Source of the DNA: Gaiellales bacterium
GTDB taxonomy: Bacteria; Actinomycetota; Thermoleophilia; Gaiellales; F1-60-MAGs149
Reading direction: 5' to 3'
Assembly (NCBI GenBank): GCA_049433345.1
Contig: JBMTER010000002.1
Span: forward strand, 1 to 41,614
Length of the DNA stretch: 41,614 nt
Below the pieces are notes generated by a model. The model was given only the letters and a program-made list of their open reading frames with translations. It was not told the origin of the DNA and did no database searches. The translations under genes and the position numbers were made by a program. Of the stretch, positions 17,041 through 27,483 are shown in pieces (position 1 is the stretch's first letter; each line of letters begins with the position of its first letter).

Positions 17041-19433
17041 GCGCGACGGAGCCGGCGGTGGAGACCGTCACGCTGACGATCGACGGGCGCGAGCTGACCG
17101 TGCCGAAGGGCACGCCGCTCGTCGTCGCCGCAGCCGAGGGCGTCGGGGTCGAGATCCCCGTCTTCTGCTACGAGCCGCGGCTCGGGCCGCCGATCGGCGC
17201 CTGCCGCATGTGCCTGGTCGAGGTCGAGGGCGCGCCGAAGCTGCAGGCCGCCTGCACGATGACCTGCGCGGACGGCATGGTCGTGCGCACCGCCGAGGCC
17301 TCCGAGCAGGCCAAGGAGGCGCAGGATGCCGTCCTCGAGTTCATCCTGCTCAACCATCCGCTCGACTGCCCCGTCTGCGACAAGGGCGGCGAGTGCCCGC
17401 TGCAGGACCTGACCTTCCGCTACGGGCCGGGCTCGTCGCGGATGACGCTGCCGAAGCGCACCTATGAGAAGCCGCTGCCGATCTCGCCGTCGATCGTCCT
17501 CGACCGCGAGCGCTGCATCCTCTGCTACCGCTGCACGCGCTTCTCCGGCGACGTCGCCGAGGACGGCGAGCTCGTCGCCCGCGAGCGCGGCGCGCAGAGC
17601 GTGATCGCCACCTTCGACGAGAAGCCGTACGCGAACGCGTTCTCCGGCAACGTCACCGAGCTGTGCCCCGTCGGCGCGCTCCTGCCCACGGCATACCGCT
17701 TCAAGGCGCGGCCGTGGGAGATCGTCAACGTGCCGACCGTCTGCACGGGCTGTGCGACGGGCTGCAACACCTGGTCGACCCTGCGCGAGGGCAAGGTCGA
17801 GCGGATCCTGTCGCGCAACCACCCGGACGTGGATGGCGGCTGGCTCTGCGACAAGGGCCGCTTCGCCCGCTACGAGCCGCGCGACGAGCGGATCGCCCAG
17901 CCCCTCGAGCGCGGCCAGGCCGGCCTCGAGCCGGCGGCCTGGGACGACGCGCTGCGCACGGTCGCCCAGCGCCTGCGCCACCACGCCGCCGCCGACGGCC
18001 CCGGTGCGGTCGCCATCCTCACCGGCGGCGCGCTGACGAACGAGGAGGCGCTCGCCTGGAGCCGCATCGCCCAGGACCTCGGCGCGCGCACCGCGTCGGC
18101 GCCCCTGGCGGCGCCCGCCGAGCTCGAGCTCGTCGACCCGTACGCCGCGACGCTCGCCGACCTGGAGCGCGCGGACCTCGTACTCGTCGTCGGCGACCAG
18201 GAGCCCGCCGACCGCGCGGGCACGATCGATCTGCGCATCCGCCAGGCGCGTCGCGACGGCGCGCACCTCGCGATCGTCGGCCCCGGCGGCACGAGCCTCG
18301 AGGCCGACGCCCGCACCTCCCTGCGCACGCTGCCCGGCGCGGGTTCCGCCGCCCTCGCCGCCCTCGTCGCCGCCGCGCTCGAGGCGGACGGCGAGCGGGT
18401 CCGCGGGGACGCGGGCGCCGCGGGTGGGGTGGAGGAGCTCGCCGGCCTCGCCGGGGCCGAGGTGGCCCCGCTGCGCTCGCTCGCCGCTGCGCTCGCCGAC
18501 GCCGAACGTCCCGTCCTCGTCGTCACCGACCCCGTCGCCGCCACCGAGCTCGCGCACGCGGGCTGGGCGCTCGGCCTCGATCGCACGGACGGCGGCATCC
18601 TGCCGCTGCCGGTCGGCCCCAACGAGCGCGGCGAGCGCGCCGTCGGCCTCGTCGGCGGCTGGGACGAGGTGCTGCCCGCGCTCGAGGCGGGGGAGATCTC
18701 GGCCATCGCGCTCGTCGGCTGCGACCCCGTCGTGGAGGGCGTCGACGGCGAGCGCTGGCAGATGGCCCTCGCCCAGGCGCCCGTCGTCGTCGCCGTGGCC
18801 GCCTTCACGAACGGCGTCACCGCGCAGGCGCAGGTCGTGCTGCCGCTCGACGCCGAGCACGAGCGCGACGGCAGCGTCATGAACCTCGAGGGCCGCGTCC
18901 AGCGCGTGCGCCCCTCGCTGGCGCCCGTTGCGGGCGTGCCGCTGGTCGAGTGGACGAGCCGCCTCGCCGGCTTCCTCGACGTCGCGACCGCGCCGAGCGC
19001 CGCCAAGGCCTTCGCGCTGCTCGCCGAGGGCAACCCCGCCTTCGCCGGCCTCGCCTGGGGCGAGCTCGGCGACCGCGCGCCGCTGCACCGCGCCCGCCCG
19101 ACGGCCCAGGCGGTGCCCGCCATGGCCCCGCAGGCGCCGCCCGCCGCCCCGCCCGACGGCGCGTTCCGGCTGATCGCGCCGCGCCCCCTCTTCAGCGGCG
19201 CCGCCGTCGAGCGCACGCCGACCCTCGCCCACCAGCGCGCCCCGTGGGTCGGGCTCGCCCACGCGGACGCCGAGCGGCTCGGGATCAAGCGCGGTGACGA
19301 GGTCTCCGTCCGCCACGCCGCGGGCGAGCACACCGGCCTGGTCCGCATCTCGCGACGCCAGCTGCCCGGCAGCGTCCGCATCAACTGGCGCGGCGCCCCC
19401 GCCGGCCCGAGCGCGACGGTGGAGGCCCGCTAG
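17037..19433 (+). CDS. nuoG: NADH-quinone oxidoreductase subunit G
   Basis: The GTG start overlaps the nuoF stop (GTGA). The 798-aa product has CRMCLVEV, HPLDCPVCDKGGEC and CILCYRCTRF Fe-S motifs, followed by a molybdopterin-oxidoreductase-like domain. Confidence 0.9.
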   Translation: MSATEPAVETVTLTIDGRELTVPKGTPLVVAAAEGVGVEIPVFCYEPRLGPPIGACRMCLVEVEGAPKLQAACTMTCADGMVVRTAEASEQAKEAQDAVLEFILLNHPLDCPVCDKGGECPLQDLTFRYGPGSSRMTLPKRTYEKPLPISPSIVLDRERCILCYRCTRFSGDVAEDGELVARERGAQSVIATFDEKPYANAFSGNVTELCPVGALLPTAYRFKARPWEIVNVPTVCTGCATGCNTWSTLREGKVERILSRNHPDVDGGWLCDKGRFARYEPRDERIAQPLERGQAGLEPAAWDDALRTVAQRLRHHAAADGPGAVAILTGGALTNEEALAWSRIAQDLGARTASAPLAAPAELELVDPYAATLADLERADLVLVVGDQEPADRAGTIDLRIRQARRDGAHLAIVGPGGTSLEADARTSLRTLPGAGSAALAALVAAALEADGERVRGDAGAAGGVEELAGLAGAEVAPLRSLAAALADAERPVLVVTDPVAATELAHAGWALGLDRTDGGILPLPVGPNERGERAVGLVGGWDEVLPALEAGEISAIALVGCDPVVEGVDGERWQMALAQAPVVVAVAAFTNGVTAQAQVVLPLDAEHERDGSVMNLEGRVQRVRPSLAPVAGVPLVEWTSRLAGFLDVATAPSAAKAFALLAEGNPAFAGLAWGELGDRAPLHRARPTAQAVPAMAPQAPPAAPPDGAFRLIAPRPLFSGAAVERTPTLAHQRAPWVGLAHADAERLGIKRGDEVSVRHAAGEHTGLVRISRRQLPGSVRINWRGAPAGPSATVEAR

Positions 19434-19444
19434 CCCGTTCCCCC

Positions 19445-20431
19445 ATGGTCGACGGCGTCCTCGCAACCATCATCAAGGCCTTCGTCCTGGTCAACGTCCT
19501 GATGGGCTTCTTCGCCCTGATGACGTGGGTCGAGCGCAAGCTGATCGGCCGCTTCCAGGTCCGCTACGGACCGAACCGCGTCGGCCCGTTCGGCCTCCTG
19601 CAGCCGATCGCCGACCTCGGCAAGATGCTGCAGAAGGAGAACATGGTCCCCGAGGGCGCGCGACCGAAGCTGTACATGGCCGCGCCCTTCATCGCGATGA
19701 CGTGCGCGATCGGCGCGTTCGGCCTGATGCCGTTCGGCGGGATCGCGACGCTGCCCTTCACCGACTACCAGTTCCACCTCTACATCGCCGACACGACCGT
19801 CTCGCTGCTGGTCGTCGCCGCGATCGGGTCGCTCGGCTTCTACGGCCTCCTGATCGGCGGCTGGGCGTCCGGCTCGAAGTACGCGCTGCTCGGCGGCATG
19901 CGCGCGATCGCCCAGCTCGTCTCCTACGAGGTCGCCTTCACGCTGGCCGTGATCGGCGTCGTCATCCAGGCCGGCTCGCTGTCCTTCATCACGATCTCGG
20001 ACGCGCAGACGCCGCTGTGGTTCATCATCCCGCAGTTCCTCGGCTTCCTCGTCTTCTTCGTCGCCGCGGTGGCCGAGTCGAACCGGCCGCCGTTCGACCT
20101 CGTGGAGGCGGACGGCGAGGTCGTCGCCGGCTACCACACGGAGTACGGCGGTATGCGCTACGCGATGTTCGCGGCCGCCGAGTTCATCAACGCCATCACC
20201 CTGTCCGCGCTGGCCGCCGTGCTCTTCCTCGGCGGACCGAACGGGCCCTTCCTGCCCGGCCCCCTGTGGATGCTGATCAAGATCGGCGCCTTCCTGTTCG
20301 TGCTGATCTGGATCCGCGCGACCCTGCCGCGCGTCCGCTTCGACCAGCTGATGAAGCTGGGCTGGAAGGTGCTGTTGCCCGTGGCCACCCTCAACCTGCT
20401 GCTGACGGCCGTCGCAGTGGTGTACCTCTAG
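19445..20431 (+). CDS. nuoH: NADH-quinone oxidoreductase subunit H
   Basis: The 328-aa product has WVERKLIGRFQVRYGPNRVGPFGLLQPIAD and ESNRPPFDLVEADGEVVAGYHTEY signatures. Confidence 0.95.
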   Translation: MVDGVLATIIKAFVLVNVLMGFFALMTWVERKLIGRFQVRYGPNRVGPFGLLQPIADLGKMLQKENMVPEGARPKLYMAAPFIAMTCAIGAFGLMPFGGIATLPFTDYQFHLYIADTTVSLLVVAAIGSLGFYGLLIGGWASGSKYALLGGMRAIAQLVSYEVAFTLAVIGVVIQAGSLSFITISDAQTPLWFIIPQFLGFLVFFVAAVAESNRPPFDLVEADGEVVAGYHTEYGGMRYAMFAAAEFINAITLSALAAVLFLGGPNGPFLPGPLWMLIKIGAFLFVLIWIRATLPRVRFDQLMKLGWKVLLPVATLNLLLTAVAVVYL

Positions 20432-20442
20432 GAGCCGCCGCC

Positions 20443-20973
20443 ATGCTCGATCAGGTCAAGGGCTTCTCCACGACGTTCCGGCATCTCTTCCAGAAGCCGG
20501 TCACCCAGCAGTACCCCGAGTACAAGCGGCCCGTGTATCCGCGCTTCCGGGGCCGCCACCAGCTGCACCGCCACGACAACGGGCTCGAGAAGTGCGTCGG
20601 CTGCTCGCTCTGCGCCGCGGCCTGCCCGTCGGACTGCATCCGCGTCGTGCCCGCGGAGAACACGCCGGACAACCGCGTCTCCGCCGGCGAGCGCTACGCC
20701 CGCATCTACGAGATCAACATGGCGCGCTGCATCTTCTGCGGCTACTGCGAACTGGCCTGCCCGTTCGACGCGATCACGCTCGGCAACGACTTCGAGCTCT
20801 CGGAGATCTCGCGCGAGGCGCTCGTGTACACGAAGAGCATGCTGCTCGAGAAGCCCGCGCTGAGGACCCCGTCCCAGGCCGTCGACCCGTACGACGTACC
20901 CGCGCAGGAGATGGAGCGCGTGCTCGGCATGTACGACATCACCACCGCCACCAACCCCGAGGGCGCCGAGTAG
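20443..20973 (+). CDS. nuoI: NADH-quinone oxidoreductase subunit I
   Basis: The start is ATG 20443, preceded by TAGGAG. The product has two 4Fe-4S ferredoxin motifs (CVGCSLCAAACP and CIFCGYCELACP) and is 176 aa. Confidence 0.9.
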   Translation: MLDQVKGFSTTFRHLFQKPVTQQYPEYKRPVYPRFRGRHQLHRHDNGLEKCVGCSLCAAACPSDCIRVVPAENTPDNRVSAGERYARIYEINMARCIFCGYCELACPFDAITLGNDFELSEISREALVYTKSMLLEKPALRTPSQAVDPYDVPAQEMERVLGMYDITTATNPEGAE

Positions 20974-21587
20974 TGGCGATCGTCGTCTTCTTCATCGCCG
21001 CCGCCCTGGCGATCGCCGCGGCCGTCGCCGTCGTCGCGCAGCGCAACCCGTTCGTGTCCGCGCTCGGGCTGCTCGGCAACCTCGCCTCCGTGGCGGCCCT
21101 GATGCTGCTGCTCGAGGCGCAGTTCGTGGCCGCCGCGCAGGTGATCGTCTACGCCGGCGCGATCATGGTGATGTTCCTGTTCGTGATCGCCTACGTCGGG
21201 CCGCGCGGCGAGATCGGCCCGGGTGCGCGCAAGCCGTGGCAGGCCGTGCTCGCGGTGGTCGCCGGGATCCTGATCGTCACCCAGATCGTGCTCGTGGTGT
21301 TCACGACGGACTTCGGCAAGGCCGTCTCCGTCGACGCCGCGTTCGGCAGCCCGGCCGCCGTCGGCGAGGCCTTCGTGACGCAGTACGTGCTCGCCTTCGA
21401 GCTCGTCAGCGTGGTGCTGTTCATGGCCGCCGTCGCAGGCGTCCTGTTCGGCGCCGGCGGGCGTCCGCGACGGCTGACGACCGAGGAGGTCCAGAGCAAG
21501 GAGGGCGAGGCCGAGGCGCGTCGCCGTGCCGCCTCCCGTGCGCTGCTCGACCAGACCGCGGCCGAGCGCGGGGAGGGGGCGCGATGA
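20973..21587 (+). CDS. nuoJ: NADH-quinone oxidoreductase subunit J
   Basis: GTG 20973 shares one nucleotide with the nuoI TAG. The product has hydrophobic ND6-like spans (QVIVYAGAIMVMFLFVI) and a charged C-terminal tail. Confidence 0.85.
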   Translation: MAIVVFFIAAALAIAAAVAVVAQRNPFVSALGLLGNLASVAALMLLLEAQFVAAAQVIVYAGAIMVMFLFVIAYVGPRGEIGPGARKPWQAVLAVVAGILIVTQIVLVVFTTDFGKAVSVDAAFGSPAAVGEAFVTQYVLAFELVSVVLFMAAVAGVLFGAGGRPRRLTTEEVQSKEGEAEARRRAASRALLDQTAAERGEGAR

Positions 21588-21889
21588 CGCCCGAGCTGCC
21601 CGTCTACCTCGGCCTCAGCGCGATCCTGTTCGGGATCGGTCTGGTCGGCGTGCTCCTGCGTCGCAGCCCGCTGACGACGCTGCTCTCGCTCGAGGTGATG
21701 CTGAACTCCGTCAACCTGACCCTGGTCGCCTTCTCGCGGCAGGTGGGCGGCACGGACGGCCAGGTCTTCGCCCTCGTCGTGATGGGCATCGCCGCCGCCG
21801 AGGTCGTCGTCGGCCTCGGCCTCGTCGTCGCCATGACGCGCCGCGAGATGGTCCTCGACACCGATGAGCTGAGGTCGATGAGCGGATGA
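21584..21889 (+). CDS. nuoK: NADH-quinone oxidoreductase subunit K
   Basis: The start forms an ATGA overlap with nuoJ. The 101-aa product has LSLEVMLNSVNL and AAAEVVVGLGLVV typical of ND4L. Confidence 0.9.
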   Translation: MTPELPVYLGLSAILFGIGLVGVLLRRSPLTTLLSLEVMLNSVNLTLVAFSRQVGGTDGQVFALVVMGIAAAEVVVGLGLVVAMTRREMVLDTDELRSMSG

Positions 21890-23805
21890 CCGGACTCGTC
21901 TGGATCGCCCTCGCCCTGCCCCTCGCCGGCGCCGCCGTGCTGGCCGTGCTCGGCACGCGCCTGCCCGCCCGCGGGGCCGGCTGGCTCGCGTCGCTCGTGA
22001 TGCTCGCCGCCTTCGTCTGCTCGGCGATCGCCACGATCATGCTGGCGAGCCGCCCGCACGAGGAGCGCGCCGTCGTGCAGACGGCGTGGACGTGGTTGAC
22101 CGCCGGCGGTCTCCAGGTCGGCCTCGACCTCTGGTTCGACGAGCTGACGGCGGTGATGCTGCTCGTGGTCACCGGCATCGGCTTCCTGATCCACGTCTAC
22201 TCGATCGGCTACATGAAGGGCGACGAGCAGGAGCGGCGCTTCTTCGCCTACCTGAACCTGTTCGTCTTCTCGATGCTGCTGCTCGTCGTCGCGGGCGACC
22301 TCGTGCTGCTGCTCGCCGGCTGGGGCCTCGTCGGCCTCTCGTCCTACCTCTTGATCGGCTACTGGCACCAGAAGCCGTCGGCGGTCAAGGCGGCCAAGAA
22401 GGCGTTCGTGATGAACGCGATCGGCGACGTCGGCCTCGCGCTCGGCATCTTCCTGCTGTTCGTCGAGCTCGGCACGACCGCGTATCGCGGCATCTTCGCG
22501 AGCGCCGCCCAGCTCGACACGTGGACCGCGACGGTGGCCTGCCTGCTGCTGCTCGTCGGCGCGCTCGCCAAGTCGGCCCAGCTGCCGCTGCACACGTGGC
22601 TGCCCGACGCGATGGAGGGCCCGACCCCCGTCTCGGCGCTGATCCACGCCGCCACCATGGTGACCGCCGGCGTCTACCTGATCGCCCGCATGAACCCGCT
22701 CTTCCACGAGGCGCCGTTCGCGCTCGAGACCGTCGTCGTGATCGGCGTCCTCGGCCTGCTGATGGCGGGCGCGATCGCCCTCGTGCAGACCGACATCAAG
22801 CGCATCATCGCCTTCTCCACGATGAGCCAGATCGCCTACATGTTCGTCGGCGTCGGCCTCGGCGCGTACTGGGCGGGCATCTTCCACCTCTTCACGCACG
22901 CCTTCTTCAAGGCCCTCCTGTTCATGGGCGCCGGCCTCGTCATCCACGCGCTCCACGGCGAGCAGGACGTGCGCAACATGGGCGGCCTGCGGCGCGTGAT
23001 GCCGAAGACGTACTTCTGCATGCTGATCGGCGCCCTCGCCCTCGTCGGCATCTTCCCGCTGTCGGGCGGCTTCTCGAAGGACGCGATCCTCAGCTCCGCG
23101 CTCGAGGTCGGCACGCCGCTGGCCTGGATCGCCTACATCGCGGGCCTCGCCGGCGCGCTGTTGACGGGCATCTACACGTTCCGGCTGATGTTCCTCGTCT
23201 TCCACCGCCGCATGACGCCGTACGCGGAGGCCGTCGCGCCGAAGGCCGTCCAGCACCACGGCGAGGGCCCGAGCTCGATGCTGTGGCCGGTCTACATCCT
23301 GACCGTCGGCGCCGCCTTCGCGGGCCTCCTGCAGATCCCCGGCCTGACGCACGTCTTCCTCGACTGGCTGGAGCCGATCGCGCCGAGCGGGATGGTCGAG
23401 CCGAGCGCGCTCCAGGAGTGGATCACGACCCTGATCGCGGTCACCATCGGCACGGTCGGCATCGCCATCGCCGGGCACCTGTACCTGCGCGAGAACGACG
23501 CGACCGAGCGGATGCGGCTCGGCGGTGGCCGGCTGGTCGGCCACGCCCTCGAGCGCCGGCTCTACTGGGACGACCTCTACGCCGTCGTCTTCGAGCGCCC
23601 CGCGCAGTGGCTCGCCGCGTTCCTCCGGCGCGGCGTCGACCAGCCCGCCGCCGGCTGGCTGCCGACGGACGGCGTCGGCACGTTCTCCGCCTTCCTCGGG
23701 CGCAGCTTCAACGCGATCGAGAACGGCGTCGTGCGCTCCTACGCGCTGGTGCTGGTGCTCGGCGTCGCGGCGCTCCTGCTCTTCGTCCTGGTGCGGGCCG
23801 CCTGA
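21886..23805 (+). CDS. nuoL: NADH-quinone oxidoreductase subunit L
   Basis: The 639-aa product starts with an ATGA overlap with nuoK. It is an ND5-type antiporter-like subunit (KSAQLPLHTWLPDAMEGPTPVSALIHAATMV). Confidence 0.95.
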   Translation: MTGLVWIALALPLAGAAVLAVLGTRLPARGAGWLASLVMLAAFVCSAIATIMLASRPHEERAVVQTAWTWLTAGGLQVGLDLWFDELTAVMLLVVTGIGFLIHVYSIGYMKGDEQERRFFAYLNLFVFSMLLLVVAGDLVLLLAGWGLVGLSSYLLIGYWHQKPSAVKAAKKAFVMNAIGDVGLALGIFLLFVELGTTAYRGIFASAAQLDTWTATVACLLLLVGALAKSAQLPLHTWLPDAMEGPTPVSALIHAATMVTAGVYLIARMNPLFHEAPFALETVVVIGVLGLLMAGAIALVQTDIKRIIAFSTMSQIAYMFVGVGLGAYWAGIFHLFTHAFFKALLFMGAGLVIHALHGEQDVRNMGGLRRVMPKTYFCMLIGALALVGIFPLSGGFSKDAILSSALEVGTPLAWIAYIAGLAGALLTGIYTFRLMFLVFHRRMTPYAEAVAPKAVQHHGEGPSSMLWPVYILTVGAAFAGLLQIPGLTHVFLDWLEPIAPSGMVEPSALQEWITTLIAVTIGTVGIAIAGHLYLRENDATERMRLGGGRLVGHALERRLYWDDLYAVVFERPAQWLAAFLRRGVDQPAAGWLPTDGVGTFSAFLGRSFNAIENGVVRSYALVLVLGVAALLLFVLVRAA

Positions 23806-25268
23806 TGACCGTCACCACCCTCATCGCCGTCCCGTTCGCCCTCGGCATCGTGCTGCTCCTGGTGCCGTTCGCGCGGCGGCTGGCCGGCTACCTGGCCCTG
23901 CTGGTCGCGCTCGCGGTCCTCGGCGCCGTGATCGGCCTGATCTACCGCTTCGAGCCTGCCGGGGGCTACCAGTTCGGCGACGACGCGGCGTGGATCCCGC
24001 AGCTCGGGATCCGCTGGAGCGTCGCGCTCGACGGGGTCGGCCTGGCGATGACCGCCGTCACCGCGCTCGTCGTCGCGTGCGCGATCGGCTACGGGATGTG
24101 GGCGGGACGCGACCGCTCGCACGCCGCCTTCGGCCTGCTGCTCGTGACGGAGGCGTTCCTGTTCCTCGTCTTCGCCGCGCGCGACCTGTTCGTCTTCTAC
24201 GTCGGGTTCGAGGGGATGCTGATCCCGCTCCTCGTCCTGCTCGCCGTGTGGGGCGGCGCGGGCCGTCGCCGCGCGATGGTCCAGGTGATCGCCTACACCG
24301 CCGTCGGCACGTTGCTGATGCTGGTCGCCATCCTCTGGCTCGGGCTGACGGCGCCCGGCGGCCCCGACTTCTCGATGGCCGCCGCGATCGGCCGTGGCGG
24401 CGCCCTCGCCTTCTGGGCCTTCGCGCTGGCCTTCGCGATCAAGTCGCCCCTGTTCCCGTTCCACGGCTGGGTGATGCCGGCCTACCGCCAGTCCTCGCCC
24501 GAGGTCGCCGCGGTCCTGTCCGGCGTCGCCTCGAAGGCGGGCGGCTTCGCGTTCCTCGCGGTGCTCGTGCCGCTGTTCCCGGCGCAGTCCGCCGAGTACG
24601 CGTGGCTGTTCATCGCGCTCGGCCTCGTCGGCTTCCTGTGGGGCGCCCTGCTCGCCTTCCGGCAGCCCGACGGCCGTGGCGTGATCGCGTACTCCTCGGT
24701 CGCGCAGATGTCGTTCGTGATCCTCGGCGTGTTCCTGCTCACCACGCAGGGCGCGACGGGCGCCACGTTCCAGATGGTCAACCACGCCCTCGTGTCCGCC
24801 GCGCTGTTCCTGCTCGCCGGCTGGCTCGAGACGCAGGCGGGATCGGGCGACTTCCGCCACCTCGGCGGCCTCGCCCGCAGCCGTCCGGTGCTCGCCACCG
24901 TCGCGATCGTCCTGGGCATGGCCGCCCTCGCCGTGCCGGGCTCGAGCGTGTTCGCCTCCGAGTTCCTGATCCTGCTCGCGGCCTTCGCCGACGCGTGGTG
25001 GCTCGGCGCCCTCGCCTCGCTCGGCATCGTGCTGGCCGCGATGTACATGCTGCGCTGGATCTCCGCCGTGCTGCACGAGCGCGAGGGCGACCTCGTCGGC
25101 CAGCTGCGCCCGCCGGATCTGCGCTCGGGCGCGCTGCTCTGCATCCTGCCGCTCGTGCTCGCCCTGATCGGCCTCAGCCTCGCCCCGGCCCAGCTGACGG
25201 AGCGCGTCGAGGACGCGGGCTCCGCCATGATCGCCGCCGCGCACCTCGAGCAGGGGGACGATCGGTGA
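23805..25268 (+). CDS. nuoM: NADH-quinone oxidoreductase subunit M
   Basis: ATG 23805 overlaps the nuoL TGA. The 487-aa product is ND4-type (FAIKSPLFPFHGWVMPAY). Confidence 0.9.
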   Translation: MTVTTLIAVPFALGIVLLLVPFARRLAGYLALLVALAVLGAVIGLIYRFEPAGGYQFGDDAAWIPQLGIRWSVALDGVGLAMTAVTALVVACAIGYGMWAGRDRSHAAFGLLLVTEAFLFLVFAARDLFVFYVGFEGMLIPLLVLLAVWGGAGRRRAMVQVIAYTAVGTLLMLVAILWLGLTAPGGPDFSMAAAIGRGGALAFWAFALAFAIKSPLFPFHGWVMPAYRQSSPEVAAVLSGVASKAGGFAFLAVLVPLFPAQSAEYAWLFIALGLVGFLWGALLAFRQPDGRGVIAYSSVAQMSFVILGVFLLTTQGATGATFQMVNHALVSAALFLLAGWLETQAGSGDFRHLGGLARSRPVLATVAIVLGMAALAVPGSSVFASEFLILLAAFADAWWLGALASLGIVLAAMYMLRWISAVLHEREGDLVGQLRPPDLRSGALLCILPLVLALIGLSLAPAQLTERVEDAGSAMIAAAHLEQGDDR

Positions 25269-26728
25269 TCGAGTACCCCGTGATCGACTGGTGGGCGGTC
25301 GCGCCCGACATCGCGATGGGCGTCGGCGCCGCCGTGACGCTGCTGATCGCGGCGTTCCTGCGCGGCCGCGGCCGCGGCATCGGCTTCGTCGTCGGGCTCG
25401 CCACCGCGGCCGTCGTCGCGGGCCTCGCGATCGCCCAGTGGGGCGACGCGCCCGTCTCCACCATCGCCGACACGATGGTCGTCGACCAGGTCACGCAGAT
25501 CAGCCGCATCGCCGTCTCGGCGTGCCTCGTGCTGACCCTGATCGCCGCGTTCGGCTGGAGCCGCCTGCGCGACTCCGGCGCCGAGTTCGCCGCGCTGCTC
25601 CTGTTCGCCGCCGCCGGCATGAACCTCGTCGCCGCCGCCAGCTCGTTCATGACGCTGTTCGTCGCCCTCGAGCTGTTCTCGATCTCGCTGTACGCGCTGA
25701 GCGGGTTCGCCCGCGACCGCTGGTCGCTCGAGGCGGGCTTCAAGTACCTCGTGCTCGGCACGATCGGCTCGGTGATCCTCGTCTACGGCGCCGCGTTCCT
25801 GTACGGCGCGACGGGATCGTTCCAGTTCTCCGAGGTCGCGGCCGGACTCGAGGAGACGGGCAGCGGCGACCTGCTGGTGGTCGCAGGCGGCGTCCTCGTC
25901 CTCGTCGGCCTCGCCTTCAAGGTCGGCGCGGTCCCGTTCCACATGTGGGTCCCCGACGTCTACGAGGGCGCCCCGACGCCGGTCACCGGCTTCATGGCCG
26001 CCGGCACGAAGATCGTCGCGTTCATCATGATGGCCCGCGTCCTGTACGAGGCCCTGCCCGCCCTGCGCGACACGTGGGAGCCCGCGCTCGTCGCCATGGC
26101 CGTGGCCACGATGGTGCTCGCCGCGATCGCCGCCCTCGTGCAGAGCAACGTCAAGCGCATGCTCGCCTACGCCCTCGTCGGCTCGTCGGGGTACGCCCTG
26201 ATCGCCGTGATCGTCGGCGGCGAGCAGGGGCTGCGGGCGCTGCTCTTCTACCTGGTCGCCGCCGCGCCGCTCGCCCTCGGCGCCTTCGCCGTGATCGCGC
26301 TCCACGAGCGCGACGTGGACGGTCCCGCCACGCTCGAGTCGCTGCGGGCGTGGGGCTTCGACCGGCCGCTCGCCGGGCTCGCCATGACGGTCTTCCTGCT
26401 CGGCTTCGCCGGCTTCCCGCTGACCGCTGGCTTCATCGGCAAGTTCCTCGTCTTCGGCAGCGCCGTCCAGTCGGACCAGTGGACCTGGCTCGCCGTGGTC
26501 GGCGCGCTGACCTCCGTCGTCAGCCTCGGCTACCTGCTGCGCGTGATCGCCGCCCTCTACGACCGCAGCGCCCGCAGCGACGTGCTGCTGCCGGCCGCGC
26601 CGGGCTTCGGATCGCTCAACCTCGTGATCGTCGTCTGCCTCGTGCTGGTGATCGCCCTCGGCGTCGCGCCGGGCCTCGGCATCGACTGGGCGGGCGAGGC
26701 GGCTCGCACGCTCGCCGCCGGCCGCTAG
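25265..26728 (+). CDS. nuoN: NADH-quinone oxidoreductase subunit N
   Basis: GTG 25265 overlaps the nuoM stop (GTGA). The 487-aa product is ND2-type (FKVGAVPFHMWVPDVYEGAPTPVTGFM). Confidence 0.9.
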   Translation: MIEYPVIDWWAVAPDIAMGVGAAVTLLIAAFLRGRGRGIGFVVGLATAAVVAGLAIAQWGDAPVSTIADTMVVDQVTQISRIAVSACLVLTLIAAFGWSRLRDSGAEFAALLLFAAAGMNLVAAASSFMTLFVALELFSISLYALSGFARDRWSLEAGFKYLVLGTIGSVILVYGAAFLYGATGSFQFSEVAAGLEETGSGDLLVVAGGVLVLVGLAFKVGAVPFHMWVPDVYEGAPTPVTGFMAAGTKIVAFIMMARVLYEALPALRDTWEPALVAMAVATMVLAAIAALVQSNVKRMLAYALVGSSGYALIAVIVGGEQGLRALLFYLVAAAPLALGAFAVIALHERDVDGPATLESLRAWGFDRPLAGLAMTVFLLGFAGFPLTAGFIGKFLVFGSAVQSDQWTWLAVVGALTSVVSLGYLLRVIAALYDRSARSDVLLPAAPGFGSLNLVIVVCLVLVIALGVAPGLGIDWAGEAARTLAAGR

Positions 26729-26781
26729 CGCGCGCCGCAGCGCCTAGGATTGGCCCCGTCAGCGACGTGAGGGGAGCCCGG

Positions 26782-27480
26782 ATGCCCGAGAACACCACCA
26801 TCACCTGGTACGGCCACGCCACCTGGGGCATCCAGACGCCCGGCGGAGTGCACGTCGTCGTCGATCCGTGGATCGAGGGCAATCCGGCGAGCCCGCCCGC
26901 CGCGGCGGAGCTCGCGGGCGACGTCGTCCTGGTCACGCACGGACACGCCGATCACGTCGCCGACGCCGCCGCCGTCGCGGCGCGGGGCGGCGCGACCGTC
27001 GTCGCCCAGTACGAGATCGCCGGCTGGCTCGGCGAGCAGGGCGTCGAGGACGCCATCGGCATGAACACGGGCGGCACCGTCGAGGTGCGCGGCCTCAAGG
27101 CCACGATGACGCAGGCCTTCCACTCGAGCAGCCTCCCCGACGGCGGCTACGGCGGCGACCCCGTCGGCTACGTGCTCGAACTCGAGTCGGGCCAGCGCAT
27201 CTACATCGCCGGCGACACCGGCGTCTTCGGCGACATGGCGCTGATCCGCGAGCTCTACGAGCCGGTGCTGGCGATCCTGCCGATCGGCGACCTCTACACG
27301 ATGGGGCCGTTCCAGGCCGCCCACGCGGTGCGGCTGCTCGGCGTCCAGCACGTGATCGGCTCGCACTGGGGCACCTTCGACGCCCTCACCGGCACCCCCG
27401 CGGCGCTGCGCGACGAGCTCGCCAAGCTCGGGCTCGGCGACGTCAGCGTGCACGAGCTCGCGCCCGGCGAGTCGCTGTAG
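26782..27480 (+). CDS. metal-dependent hydrolase, beta-lactamase fold (UPF0173-like)
   Basis: The product is 232 aa from ATG 26782, preceded by GAGGGGAG. It has the motifs ITWYGHATW, THGHADH and YIAGDTG. Confidence 0.8.
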   Translation: MPENTTITWYGHATWGIQTPGGVHVVVDPWIEGNPASPPAAAELAGDVVLVTHGHADHVADAAAVAARGGATVVAQYEIAGWLGEQGVEDAIGMNTGGTVEVRGLKATMTQAFHSSSLPDGGYGGDPVGYVLELESGQRIYIAGDTGVFGDMALIRELYEPVLAILPIGDLYTMGPFQAAHAVRLLGVQHVIGSHWGTFDALTGTPAALRDELAKLGLGDVSVHELAPGESL

Positions 27481-27483
27481 GGC

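Noticed and set aside
16038-19466. An 824-aa minus-strand ORF and 504/544-aa alternative-frame ORFs run across nuoF/nuoG. A 646-aa antisense ORF runs across nuoL (21604-23544).
   Set aside because: These are low-complexity translations antisense to strongly conserved complex I genes. They are shadow ORFs.
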